Position numbers and translations under genes: made by a program. Positions 10,392 to 18,506 of a stretch of 64,000 nt of DNA are shown here, piece by piece. Source of the stretch: a virus. Lineage: Duplodnaviria; Heunggongvirae; Uroviricota; Caudoviricetes. The DNA is taken from positions 221,489 through 285,488 of the IMG/VR virus record IMGVR_UViG_3300028914_000001; one strand, written 5' to 3'. The stretch's first letter is position 1. Every line of letters begins with the position of its first letter. The notes beneath the pieces were generated by a model. The model was not told where the DNA came from, made no database searches, and saw only the letters and a program-made list of their open reading frames with translations.

Positions 10392-11480
10392 ATGAGACAT
10401 GAACTTTCAGTTGTCTTGGTCGTCAGGAATGGCGAATCAAAAATTCAGGAATGCTTGCAGCGTCTCGTAGGCCTTGCTGACGAGTTTGTTATCGTCGATA
10501 CTGGTTCTACGGACAAGACGCTTGATTTGGCAAGGAAGTTTCAGACTATGGTTCGCCAGCCTGTCATTATTGATGCAGTAGGCACACTCTTTCTTGATGA
10601 TGAAGGAAACTTCGACTTCGGCAAGGCTAAGAACTACGGGTTTTCGCTGGCGACCAAGGAATATGTGATGTGGGTCGACGTGAACGACATGCTTGATAAT
10701 GCCCGAGAAGTCCGTGCCAAGTTCGACAAGGCTAGTACGATGTACTCTACGTCAGACATTGTTATGTACACTAGGATAACCCGTTCGATGAAATTTCCTA
10801 GGGTCAGGATTGTGCGTAGGGAAACATCGAGGTTCATCAACCCGATTCATGAATACGTTATAGACACGGCGGAACCGAGGAAGGTGATTACCTTTAAGAA
10901 CGAGTTCATTAACTTCAAGAAACAGCGTGATGTCTCTCGAAACTTGAAGGCGTTGATTAAGCTGTGGAAGAAGGGTCATTCCCTCCGTACGGCATATTAC
11001 ATTGCAACCAGTTACAAGGACACGAAGAATCCCGAAATGGCTCGTCTGTGGTATGAAATCTGTCTAAATGAATTTCCTTACTGGGAATTTGACGAAACGA
11101 TTGCTGCTGCCGACTATGTAGTTGCTGATGCGTTGACGAAGGGCGAATTCGCTTTGGCCGATGAACTGACGATGGAAATGATAGAAAATATCCCGGAGCG
11201 TGCCGAAGGGTTCTACTACCGCTATATCTATAATGTCAAACTGAATAAGCTCGAACATGCCTTGAAATGCCTTGTCAAGCTCCGTGAGATTCCTCCTCCG
11301 GCAAGATGCCGCATTGGAATCAATACGAAGGCGTACAATGCAAAGGACAGGGAAACCCGTATCGAGGAAATCTGGCGTCAGGTCAAGTACAATCATCAGA
11401 CGATGAATACCGATGCACGAGTCTACGACAGTGTCCAACAGGCCATTGATGCGACTCAGTTCATGACAACGGTCTATTAG
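10392..11480 (+). CDS. GT2 glycosyltransferase with C-terminal TPR-like helices
   Basis: LSVVLVVRNGE, IVDTGSTDKT, DFGKAKN, WVDVND, IHE motifs. Confidence 0.88.
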   Translation: MRHELSVVLVVRNGESKIQECLQRLVGLADEFVIVDTGSTDKTLDLARKFQTMVRQPVIIDAVGTLFLDDEGNFDFGKAKNYGFSLATKEYVMWVDVNDMLDNAREVRAKFDKASTMYSTSDIVMYTRITRSMKFPRVRIVRRETSRFINPIHEYVIDTAEPRKVITFKNEFINFKKQRDVSRNLKALIKLWKKGHSLRTAYYIATSYKDTKNPEMARLWYEICLNEFPYWEFDETIAAADYVVADALTKGEFALADELTMEMIENIPERAEGFYYRYIYNVKLNKLEHALKCLVKLREIPPPARCRIGINTKAYNAKDRETRIEEIWRQVKYNHQTMNTDARVYDSVQQAIDATQFMTTVY

Positions 11481-11491
11481 TAAGATAGCAT

Positions 11492-11520
11492 TTGACATTT
11501 GCCGTCTTATTATGTATATT
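11492..11520 (+). promoter_or_regulatory. Sigma70-type promoter (probably giving a leaderless mRNA)
   Basis: TTGACA, 17 bp, TATATT; the ATG lies 7 nt after the -10 box. Confidence 0.8.
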
Positions 11521-11527
11521 TATCGGC

Positions 11528-12925
11528 ATGAGTCACACGAATCTAATTACAAAGAAACAGCTTAGCCCTGACCAGCGTAAGGGGTTGGCTGAAATGCTTG
11601 CATTCATGCACGACGATTCCCAGAGGGAAATGGTCCTTGCTGGTGCCGCTGGAACTGGCAAGACCTCCCTTCTTAATGTGTTTTTGAAGGAAGTCGTAAA
11701 AGATTTTAAATCGGACAAGAAGTTTAAGGTATACTGCACTGCTTATACTAATGAAGCCGTGCGTGTCCTTTCGCAGAGAAGTGGCAAGAATTACGACAAG
11801 ACTATCAGTGGGCTTCTCGGACTTAAACTTGAACAGAATGAAGACCGTGGCAAAGTTCTCGTAAGGGAAGGTAAATGTCATGCCTCCAAATATCGCCTCA
11901 TTGTTATCGACGAAGCGTCGATGATTAACGACGAATGTTACGAGATGATTCAGAGTATTCTTCGTGAGTTTCCTTTGATGAAGATACTCTATGTCGGTGA
12001 TGAAGCTCAGTTACCTCCTGTTAATTTGCAATCGTCGGTAGTATTTTTCCGGGTTCAACATATTTTCCGCTTGACTCAGGTTATGCGAGTTTCCGCAGAC
12101 AACCCTATCATCGGGCTTGTGACTCCTATCCGTGACCCGAGGAATATGCTTCGTGCGACAGATTGTTTTGAACATGTGGATAGAGTGAATGAACGTGGGG
12201 AAGGGGTTCGCTTCTACACGATGAAGAAGCCGTTCTTTGAAAACCTGTTTGCCGATTTCATGTCGGAAGAATACAAGGAAAATAAAAATTTCTGCCGCCT
12301 TCTGGCGTACACGAACAATGCAGTCGACAAGTCTAACTGCTTCATCCGGCGCCATATATTTGGTCCCGAGGTTGCAGAGTATACTGCGGGCGACGACTTG
12401 ATTGTAACGGAAGGATACAGCGTTCCCGTGGTCGGTGAGAAAAAAATGCAGGTTTATGCCAACGGTGAACGTTTGATGGTGCTTGAAGCTGACAAGTATG
12501 TTGAAGAGGGCACGAACATTGTCTGTTGGAGCCTGCTTGTGGATAACTATATGGCCCCGCCGAACAAGAGAGAGAAACGCCATATCAAAGTATTGTCATC
12601 GGAAGGTTATCCGACTTACATTGCGATTAAAAGAAATCTCATCGGAAAGGCAAGGACGCTGTGTGCCGAAGTGAACCCAATGACGGGCCTCCCTGTCCAT
12701 AACAGGCATGAGGTCTGGCAGGAGTTCTATGACTTCATCGAATCGTTCTGCTACGTCAATTACAGCTATGCAATGACCATCCACAAGGCTCAGGGTTCCA
12801 CAATCGACAATGTTTATGTTGTCGAAAAGGATATCAATATCTGCGACTGGGATGTTGTCCAGCGTAACAAGCTTAAATACACCGCTTTTACCCGTGCATC
12901 GAAGAATCTCCATATATTCAATTAG
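11528..12925 (+). CDS. dda: Dda/RecD-like SF1B DNA helicase
   Basis: GAAGTGKT, IVIDEASM, VGDEAQLPPV, YAMTIHKAQGST, YTAFTRA. Confidence 0.93.
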   Translation: MSHTNLITKKQLSPDQRKGLAEMLAFMHDDSQREMVLAGAAGTGKTSLLNVFLKEVVKDFKSDKKFKVYCTAYTNEAVRVLSQRSGKNYDKTISGLLGLKLEQNEDRGKVLVREGKCHASKYRLIVIDEASMINDECYEMIQSILREFPLMKILYVGDEAQLPPVNLQSSVVFFRVQHIFRLTQVMRVSADNPIIGLVTPIRDPRNMLRATDCFEHVDRVNERGEGVRFYTMKKPFFENLFADFMSEEYKENKNFCRLLAYTNNAVDKSNCFIRRHIFGPEVAEYTAGDDLIVTEGYSVPVVGEKKMQVYANGERLMVLEADKYVEEGTNIVCWSLLVDNYMAPPNKREKRHIKVLSSEGYPTYIAIKRNLIGKARTLCAEVNPMTGLPVHNRHEVWQEFYDFIESFCYVNYSYAMTIHKAQGSTIDNVYVVEKDINICDWDVVQRNKLKYTAFTRASKNLHIFN

Positions 12926-12929
12926 TCGA

Positions 12930-12943
12930 AAAATGTAGTTTAA
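12930..12943 (+). promoter_or_regulatory. AAAATGTAGTTTAA motif (candidate middle promoter)
   Basis: One-mismatch copy of the recurrent motif, upstream of 12968. Confidence 0.55.
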
Positions 12944-12967
12944 TTACAAGATTACACGACTATTTAT

Positions 12968-13882
12968 ATGGATATTACACTTTTGCTGACGATTGATGCA
13001 AATGGCACGATAGGAAACGGGACATCGATTCCTTGGAATTGTGATGCTATTCACAAGGACATGGAGAAGCTTATAAAGGGAAACACTATTATCATGGGGC
13101 GCAACGCTTACAATGAATTGGCCTGCTTTAGGAAAACCCGAGTGGCTTCCCGTATCCTTTTTTCAAAAAGCTTGACCACTCGGTTGAAGAATACTTCATA
13201 TACGACCAATGTGTTCACCGCATTGACTTTGGCGAAGCGTATTGACAAGCCTGTTTACATCCTTGGCGGAAATCAGACGGCAATGTCTTTCCTGAGCGAA
13301 GGCGTTGTTACTCACATGATACTGTATGTTGTGCCTGAAAAGCATGATGGAATCAAGTTCATTTCCGTAGGTCCCAAGAGTTTTTCTATGACAAAGATTG
13401 AGGAGAAGGATGGCTATGTCGTGAAGCATTTTACGGCTATCCCGAACAGCCAGCTTCCTATCAATACGATTTCTGACATGAAGATTCCTCCTGTAAAGAA
13501 ACCTGAAAAAGTATTGACCCCGAAAGAAGAATCCGCAGTTGACGATATGCTCGCCTCCGTGTTTTCTGGTGGTGGTTACAGCATGGATGAGTTCAACGAC
13601 ATGGATGACGATGTCAACAAGGCGGTGTACAAACTGGCCGACAATGTCGAGGGCCTGTATGATATCATAGGGACTTATGCCAACAATCAGAAGGATATAC
13701 TTGATAAGGTGAATGCTCTGATAAGGCAGGACCAGCAGATAATCGGCTCACAAATCTCTATGCAGGAAAGGGTTCGTTCGATTGAAACTCTTACCACGGA
13801 GAAAAAGTTCCCTATTGAATATGTGGCGATTGCTCTGTCTGTTATTGGAATTGTTCTTGGAATCATTGGGATAGTAGTATGA
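12968..13882 (+). CDS. DHFR-like domain (probably degenerate), coiled coil and C-terminal TM anchor
   Basis: NGTIGNGTSIPW, IIMGRN, VYILGG motifs; C-terminal YVAIALSVIGIVLGIIGIVV. Confidence 0.8.
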   Translation: MDITLLLTIDANGTIGNGTSIPWNCDAIHKDMEKLIKGNTIIMGRNAYNELACFRKTRVASRILFSKSLTTRLKNTSYTTNVFTALTLAKRIDKPVYILGGNQTAMSFLSEGVVTHMILYVVPEKHDGIKFISVGPKSFSMTKIEEKDGYVVKHFTAIPNSQLPINTISDMKIPPVKKPEKVLTPKEESAVDDMLASVFSGGGYSMDEFNDMDDDVNKAVYKLADNVEGLYDIIGTYANNQKDILDKVNALIRQDQQIIGSQISMQERVRSIETLTTEKKFPIEYVAIALSVIGIVLGIIGIVV

Positions 13883-14721
13883 TAGGCTTAATCATTATAA
13901 GTAAAAATCAGGTCCCCTATATGGACCAGATATTGACTAAGGTGGATGAAATGAGCGTGAAGCCTGACCGTCTCTACTATATGCTCGACCGTGAATCCGA
14001 TACAGTAACTAAGCAGGCAATCGGGATAATGTCCAAGCATGATTGCAAGTCATTTTCCAAGTTGCTGTTCAACGTCAATGTTCCCGAAAATGTCTACCGC
14101 CCGATGATGACCCCAGGTGTGGATTACTTCCTCGCAGGCTACTGCCGCAACATCTGTATCAGGGAGGCACTCGCCGACGGTTGCGACAAGCTGGTGTTCA
14201 TCGACGGTGACTGTCTCCCGGAAGGGGATATCATCAAGGGATATGACGAATACTTGACCAATGATAAGCCAGTGGTTCTTTGTGGGAGGCGTGATGACTT
14301 TAGCTTTGGCTACACTGACCAGCGGGAGCACAACAAGTATAGGAACATCTTCCGTGACCCGTTTACTGTAATCGACGAGGAAGCTCCTGTCCTTGACTCC
14401 GCTGTACTCTGGTCATGCAACATCGGGATGAACAAGGCGGCAATCGAGCGTCTAATTAAAATCAATTCGACACTGTATGGGTATGACTGCGTGTTCTCCC
14501 CCATATTTAGTGGACGATGGGGTGGAGAAGACAGTTTCCTTGGTATCGAATGTTTCTATGACAAGGAAATTATCCTTGCTGGCCTCGGGGTTCCTCGAAC
14601 TGGAATTACCCATATCCATCACGGAAGGCCGAAAGAAAAGTATGGCCATGCGACGTTCATCGAACCTTTGCGGAATGCTGTTATCGCTCACAGGTATCTA
14701 TTGGAAAACTACGAGGTGTAA
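13879..14721 (+). CDS. GT-A glycosyltransferase (GT2/GT7C-like)
   Basis: AGYCRN, VFIDGDCLP (DxD), WSCNIG, GRWGGED, HIHH motifs. Confidence 0.88.
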   Translation: MIGLIIISKNQVPYMDQILTKVDEMSVKPDRLYYMLDRESDTVTKQAIGIMSKHDCKSFSKLLFNVNVPENVYRPMMTPGVDYFLAGYCRNICIREALADGCDKLVFIDGDCLPEGDIIKGYDEYLTNDKPVVLCGRRDDFSFGYTDQREHNKYRNIFRDPFTVIDEEAPVLDSAVLWSCNIGMNKAAIERLIKINSTLYGYDCVFSPIFSGRWGGEDSFLGIECFYDKEIILAGLGVPRTGITHIHHGRPKEKYGHATFIEPLRNAVIAHRYLLENYEV

Positions 14722-14722
14722 A

Positions 14723-15025
14723 ATGGCTGGAATCAAACCTGAACTTAGAGAAAAGATTATTGCGTCCTTCACGGACGAACAGAAGAAAGTGTATGAAAAT
14801 CTTGTCGGCGACAAGGCTCGCCTGTGCAACGAGTTTAAACTTTGCCGCCAGTTTTACGGTGACGTGATAGATGTTATCAGCAAGAAGGAATGCGGCCAGC
14901 AGGTAAGGATATTTCTTCGTAACGTAAGCGACTACTGGCAGCGCCGCATGACCATCATGGAAAGAAGTCTTGAAGTATTGTGCGGCCCCGATTTCGTTAA
15001 AGAGGTGAAGAATGCCAAGGATTAA
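14723..15025 (+). CDS. Hypothetical protein
   Basis: GAGG ribosome-binding site before the ATG at 14723 (MAGIKPEL); fills the gap in the operon. Confidence 0.7.
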   Translation: MAGIKPELREKIIASFTDEQKKVYENLVGDKARLCNEFKLCRQFYGDVIDVISKKECGQQVRIFLRNVSDYWQRRMTIMERSLEVLCGPDFVKEVKNAKD

Positions 15026-15455
15026 AGTTGACTACCAGTTTCCTGCAGAAGTCATCGACTGTAACAATCCGACCAGGGATTCTACCACTAACGAGCTGCA
15101 CTGGTATTCCCCGGAGACGATTGACAATGTGGTCAAGAAGTTCAAAGAAGGAGAAAGGTTCATCATTCAGGAGTTAAACCCGATTGAGAGGGGAATCAAG
15201 AAAATTCCACTTTCTTCTGTATGGGAAGACCAGATAATGGGTCATTGCATTGCTGCCGAAAATGTCAACGGCAGACTCATCATGACATTTAAGTGCGAAT
15301 CAAACAAGCACGGCAAGAAGCTGATGAACATTTGTGAAAGCTACGGGGTAAAGAACTTGAAAATCTTTCCTGTCGGCTGGGGAGACCTGGAAGAACGGGA
15401 TGGAAAGAAATTTGTCACGAAATTCAAACTAATATACGTTGCATTCGAGGGATAA
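15012..15455 (+). CDS. Possible catalytically dead paralog of the gp21-type prohead protease
   Basis: Motif order resembles gp21 (YSPETI, QELNP, IFPVGWG, FKL) but the His, Ser and Asp triad residues are absent. Confidence 0.5.
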   Translation: MPRIKVDYQFPAEVIDCNNPTRDSTTNELHWYSPETIDNVVKKFKEGERFIIQELNPIERGIKKIPLSSVWEDQIMGHCIAAENVNGRLIMTFKCESNKHGKKLMNICESYGVKNLKIFPVGWGDLEERDGKKFVTKFKLIYVAFEG

Positions 15456-15457
15456 CC

Positions 15458-15694
15458 ATGATTATCGCTAAATACAAGAGAAACAACATTTCCGAATATC
15501 AGAACATCTTCGAAAAAATCGGAATCTTCATTGCCAACCAGATTCTTCGCCTCATGGCTGACTTCAAGCTATACAGCATCGAGGCGAACACGTTCAATGT
15601 ACGTGTTATCGTATGGGTAATCATCTTCATGGTTCCCATAATGCTGATGCTTGGAATCGCCATGATAGCCTGTCTCAAATTTATCTTTTTCTAA
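15458..15694 (+). CDS. Small membrane protein
   Basis: Long C-terminal hydrophobic segment; GAGG RBS. Confidence 0.65.
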   Translation: MIIAKYKRNNISEYQNIFEKIGIFIANQILRLMADFKLYSIEANTFNVRVIVWVIIFMVPIMLMLGIAMIACLKFIFF

Positions 15695-15724
15695 ATCGAG
15701 TATACCAATTTCAAAGGAGAAAAC

Positions 15725-16033
15725 ATGAACGTCAATCTGAGTAAACGTGAAATCATCGACATGATTAAGTCCGTTCCCGTATCTTATGGAAGATACACGA
15801 AGGAATTGAATGAAGCAGGTGCGTGGGAGTTTAACATGGACGGCCCAACTCATTTCGTCTGGAATGTCACCGTGCTTCTTACAAAGACAGAAGAATACCT
15901 CTACGAGTTCTACCAAAAACTATATCGTGGCGACTACTATTTGCCTGACGAAGAAATAGATTATACTCCGAAACCAGTGGAATTGCCTCTCCTGAGGCGA
16001 ATGTTTCCCGTGCTTAAACCGATATCGGTATAA
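15725..16033 (+). CDS. Hypothetical protein with C-terminal LPLLRRMFPVL motif
   Basis: Strong AAGGAG RBS; 102 aa. Confidence 0.75.
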   Translation: MNVNLSKREIIDMIKSVPVSYGRYTKELNEAGAWEFNMDGPTHFVWNVTVLLTKTEEYLYEFYQKLYRGDYYLPDEEIDYTPKPVELPLLRRMFPVLKPISV

Positions 16034-16050
16034 GCATTGTCGCTTCCAGT

Positions 16051-16449
16051 ATGGAAACTTTGTATAACGCATACGACATGTACACATTGCAGGCCTGGAT
16101 GATGTTTCTTCCAGGACTGCTTTTAATAGTATTCCTGCTAGCGGTGTATATCGCACTGAAATACTATGCCAAGCGCACTACTACGAAAATCGACATTGAC
16201 GAGGCAATAAGCGACCATTGCTTTGTACTCGTCGATTTTAAACACGGGAAGTTTCTCGGTGAATACAATGACGAGCGGTATGGAGATTTTGTCGATGACC
16301 CGAGATACGCCTTCAAGTGGCTGTCCAAGAGGAGTGCAAAGGATGTGTGCGATGAATTGAACAGGAACCGAGGTTGGGAGCTGGAACCAATCACTATTTT
16401 AGAAGCCATGGTTATATGGCGGGACAAGAGACAAAAGGAAGGTACATAA
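16051..16449 (+). CDS. Membrane-anchored hypothetical protein
   Basis: N-terminal TM helix followed by KYYAKR. Confidence 0.7.
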   Translation: METLYNAYDMYTLQAWMMFLPGLLLIVFLLAVYIALKYYAKRTTTKIDIDEAISDHCFVLVDFKHGKFLGEYNDERYGDFVDDPRYAFKWLSKRSAKDVCDELNRNRGWELEPITILEAMVIWRDKRQKEGT

Positions 16450-16739
16450 TGGATAACAAAGACTCTGCACTAAACCTTATTCATGCCCGAATGATGCTTC
16501 AACATATTAACAACAAGCTTGAAGAGTATATCGGAACCCCCATTGGCCAGGATGCGGAGATGGCATCTATCGAACGGTATTTGCAGTCGGTAACAATGTC
16601 TATGGTTCAGAAAATCGACCCGGAGGCCACTACTGATGTGAGGATGCCTCGTATTAGCGAAGGCGGACGAACCATAGACTGCAACATAACTACCAGACAC
16701 CCAGAAAAATTTGGTATAAGTCTTGACATCGCTCGTTAA
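16449..16739 (+). CDS. Hypothetical protein (weak tail-sheath C-terminal-domain-like pattern)
   Basis: TAATG coupling with the upstream gene; begins MDNKDS. Confidence 0.65.
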   Translation: MDNKDSALNLIHARMMLQHINNKLEEYIGTPIGQDAEMASIERYLQSVTMSMVQKIDPEATTDVRMPRISEGGRTIDCNITTRHPEKFGISLDIAR

Positions 16740-16751
16740 ATTTTCTATAAT
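16723..16751 (+). promoter_or_regulatory. Perfect consensus sigma70 promoter
   Basis: TTGACA (16723-16728), 17 bp, TATAAT (16746-16751). Confidence 0.9.
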
Positions 16752-16756
16752 ATGTG

Positions 16757-17015
16757 ATGGAAGGTTTTTCAGGCTGGTACCTGGAAGGCCGCCGAGCAAA
16801 GGAATCTGATGCTTTTCCTTATAACGGTAAGGGATTCTCAGAAAAAAGGCTGAGTTCGGAACAGCTCGTTAAACATTGCCGGACGGGGACCGTGACCCGT
16901 AGCACGGAGGCAAGCCATTTCGCCACAGGACTTGGCCGCCATCCCGTTACCCAACACCATGGGATGTATGGCATGGGGGTTCTCAGAGTCGACGCTGGGG
17001 ACCCCTTTCGTTTTT
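16757..17015 (+). ncRNA. Putative structured non-coding RNA (~260 nt), family unrecognised
   Basis: Has its own promoter, is locally GC-rich, forms back-to-back stems with a possible pseudoknot, and ends in a hairpin plus T-tract. Confidence 0.65.
16976..17015 (+). terminator. Intrinsic terminator
   Basis: GGGGTTCTCAG-AGTCGACG-CTGGGGACCCC followed by TTTCGTTTTT. Confidence 0.8.
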
Positions 17016-17475
17016 AAAGTTTTTTGAAAAGAAGTTTCAGCTGCTCGGTTGAGTGAGGAGACAGGGTGAATCCCTGATGTTCCCAGTAACTACGGGCATC
17101 ATCGTCGAACGCCATCAGGGTTATGTACTGACACTCGTGCTGTCGTGCGTACTTGAATACATAGTCCAACATCGTGTTTGAAAATCCGTTACCTTGTGCA
17201 TCAGTCGCCACTTCGAACTCATAGAGGTGAAGATTTCTGGTTGTCTTTTCTTCGACATCGGCACAGGCAAGTCCGATAATCACATTCATGCTTGTGAATA
17301 CCATCCACTCGCCGTTATACCCCATCGTCTTTGCGTTGTCCATGATTTCTTCAGGGGTCTTGCCTTCGATGTTGCTTTCGTCCTTTTCGTAACAAATCAT
17401 CGGAAATCTCTTGATGGTATCCATGTTGGACAAGAGTTCCTTTACTTCTGCTGGGCTGTATAACTTTACTTCCAT
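17014..17475 (-). CDS. GNAT acetyltransferase
   Basis: 'LHLYEFEV...QGNGFS', 'ARSYWEHQGF'; likely start MEVKLY at 17475. Confidence 0.85.
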   Translation of the reverse strand: MEVKLYSPAEVKELLSNMDTIKRFPMICYEKDESNIEGKTPEEIMDNAKTMGYNGEWMVFTSMNVIIGLACADVEEKTTRNLHLYEFEVATDAQGNGFSNTMLDYVFKYARQHECQYITLMAFDDDARSYWEHQGFTLSPHSTEQLKLLFKKL

Positions 17476-17482
17476 TGTTAAC

Positions 17483-17953
17483 CTAGGTGAACTTGTATTC
17501 CATGACAGTGTAGTGCCCATAGCTTGTCAGGTTTTCGATAAGGAATTCCTTTATCCGTTCGATATCCCTGATGAAGTCACTTGTGTTATAGAATGCAAAT
17601 GCTTCTTTGGTGTTCATCAGTAGTTTATCCTTTACATGGTAGACTAAGTCCGTGAACGGGCGTTCGTGTAGCATGATATCATGGATAAAGGTGTCATGCC
17701 TGTTTTTTGTATTGGCTACGGCATTTATGGTTAGCTTGAAGTAATCGACAAACGGGAAAATCAGTCCTCCCTGACCATCGCATGAGGTTATGGTTCCTGA
17801 CGGTATCTGCTGGATTCCCTTCTGCATCACGTTATACTGATGTTGGCGTTCAAGGATATTGTCAGTTTCACCGAGTATGAAACTCTTCCTGTACAGAGGG
17901 TGTTCGAGCATGTTGTTCGCAGCAAAGTAGATGTATTTAGATACCATAGGCAA
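17483..17953 (-). CDS. T5orf172/GIY-YIG-like protein
   Basis: 'KYIYF...ILGET.NILER...YN' and a late 'KEAF' motif. Confidence 0.5.
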   Translation of the reverse strand: MPMVSKYIYFAANNMLEHPLYRKSFILGETDNILERQHQYNVMQKGIQQIPSGTITSCDGQGGLIFPFVDYFKLTINAVANTKNRHDTFIHDIMLHERPFTDLVYHVKDKLLMNTKEAFAFYNTSDFIRDIERIKEFLIENLTSYGHYTVMEYKFT

Positions 17954-17969
17954 TTCACGTAAGTCTGGC

Positions 17970-17978
17970 TATAAACTA
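17970..17978 (+). promoter_or_regulatory. Late promoter motif TATAAACTA
   Basis: 24 nt upstream of 18002. Confidence 0.8.
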
Positions 17979-18001
17979 TATTTTGAAAATGGAATTCTGA
18001 C

Positions 18002-18505
18002 ATGCTCGACCTAAAATTATCTGTACAGCAGCCGATGGAAAATGTCTATCGAATCTTCGCTTACCCTGCCTATGCAAATGAGGGCGAATCTGGTGTCGCT
18101 CGGGCGATGGTAGTTAAATCTGGCGATGCGAACTTTCTATGCGACTTCGTCGTCAAGGATGAAGAGCGTGGCCATGGTGTCGGGACAATCCTTCTCGACA
18201 TGCTGATGGACCAGTTTGATATCAACTGCCTTACCGTCGAGAAGGGAAACGACATCGCCAAGCACATGTATGAAAAGGTCGGTCTGACCGATGATGAACC
18301 CGTCGATATCACACTGTTCAATAAAAATGGCGGACATGACCAGCATTGCATGTTGATGTCATCGTACAAGTTGAGCGATGATGAAAAGAAGGCGTTGGCA
18401 CGCCTACTGAACGAAGTGACAATGAAATTGTTCAAGAGTGTCTATGTAAATAAATATAACGCATCTGACCTGGATGTCGATGCGTTGTTAGATAGGTTAG
18501 GCTAA
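18002..18505 (+). CDS. GNAT acetyltransferase (late-expressed)
   Basis: 'FVV..EERGHGVGTILL', 'NDIAKHMYEKVG'. Confidence 0.9.
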   Translation: MLDLKLSVQQPMENVYRIFAYPAYANEGESGVARAMVVKSGDANFLCDFVVKDEERGHGVGTILLDMLMDQFDINCLTVEKGNDIAKHMYEKVGLTDDEPVDITLFNKNGGHDQHCMLMSSYKLSDDEKKALARLLNEVTMKLFKSVYVNKYNASDLDVDALLDRLG

Positions 18506-18506
18506 T

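Noticed and set aside
16805-16846. Hammerhead-like CTGATG
   Set aside because: It reads CTGATGC, not CUGAnGA, and the three-stem core with GAAA/UH could not be built.
16754-17017. 87-aa ORF over the structured region
   Set aside because: It starts 2 nt after the -10 box, before the expected transcription start, has no RBS, and runs through the terminator. The RNA interpretation fits better.
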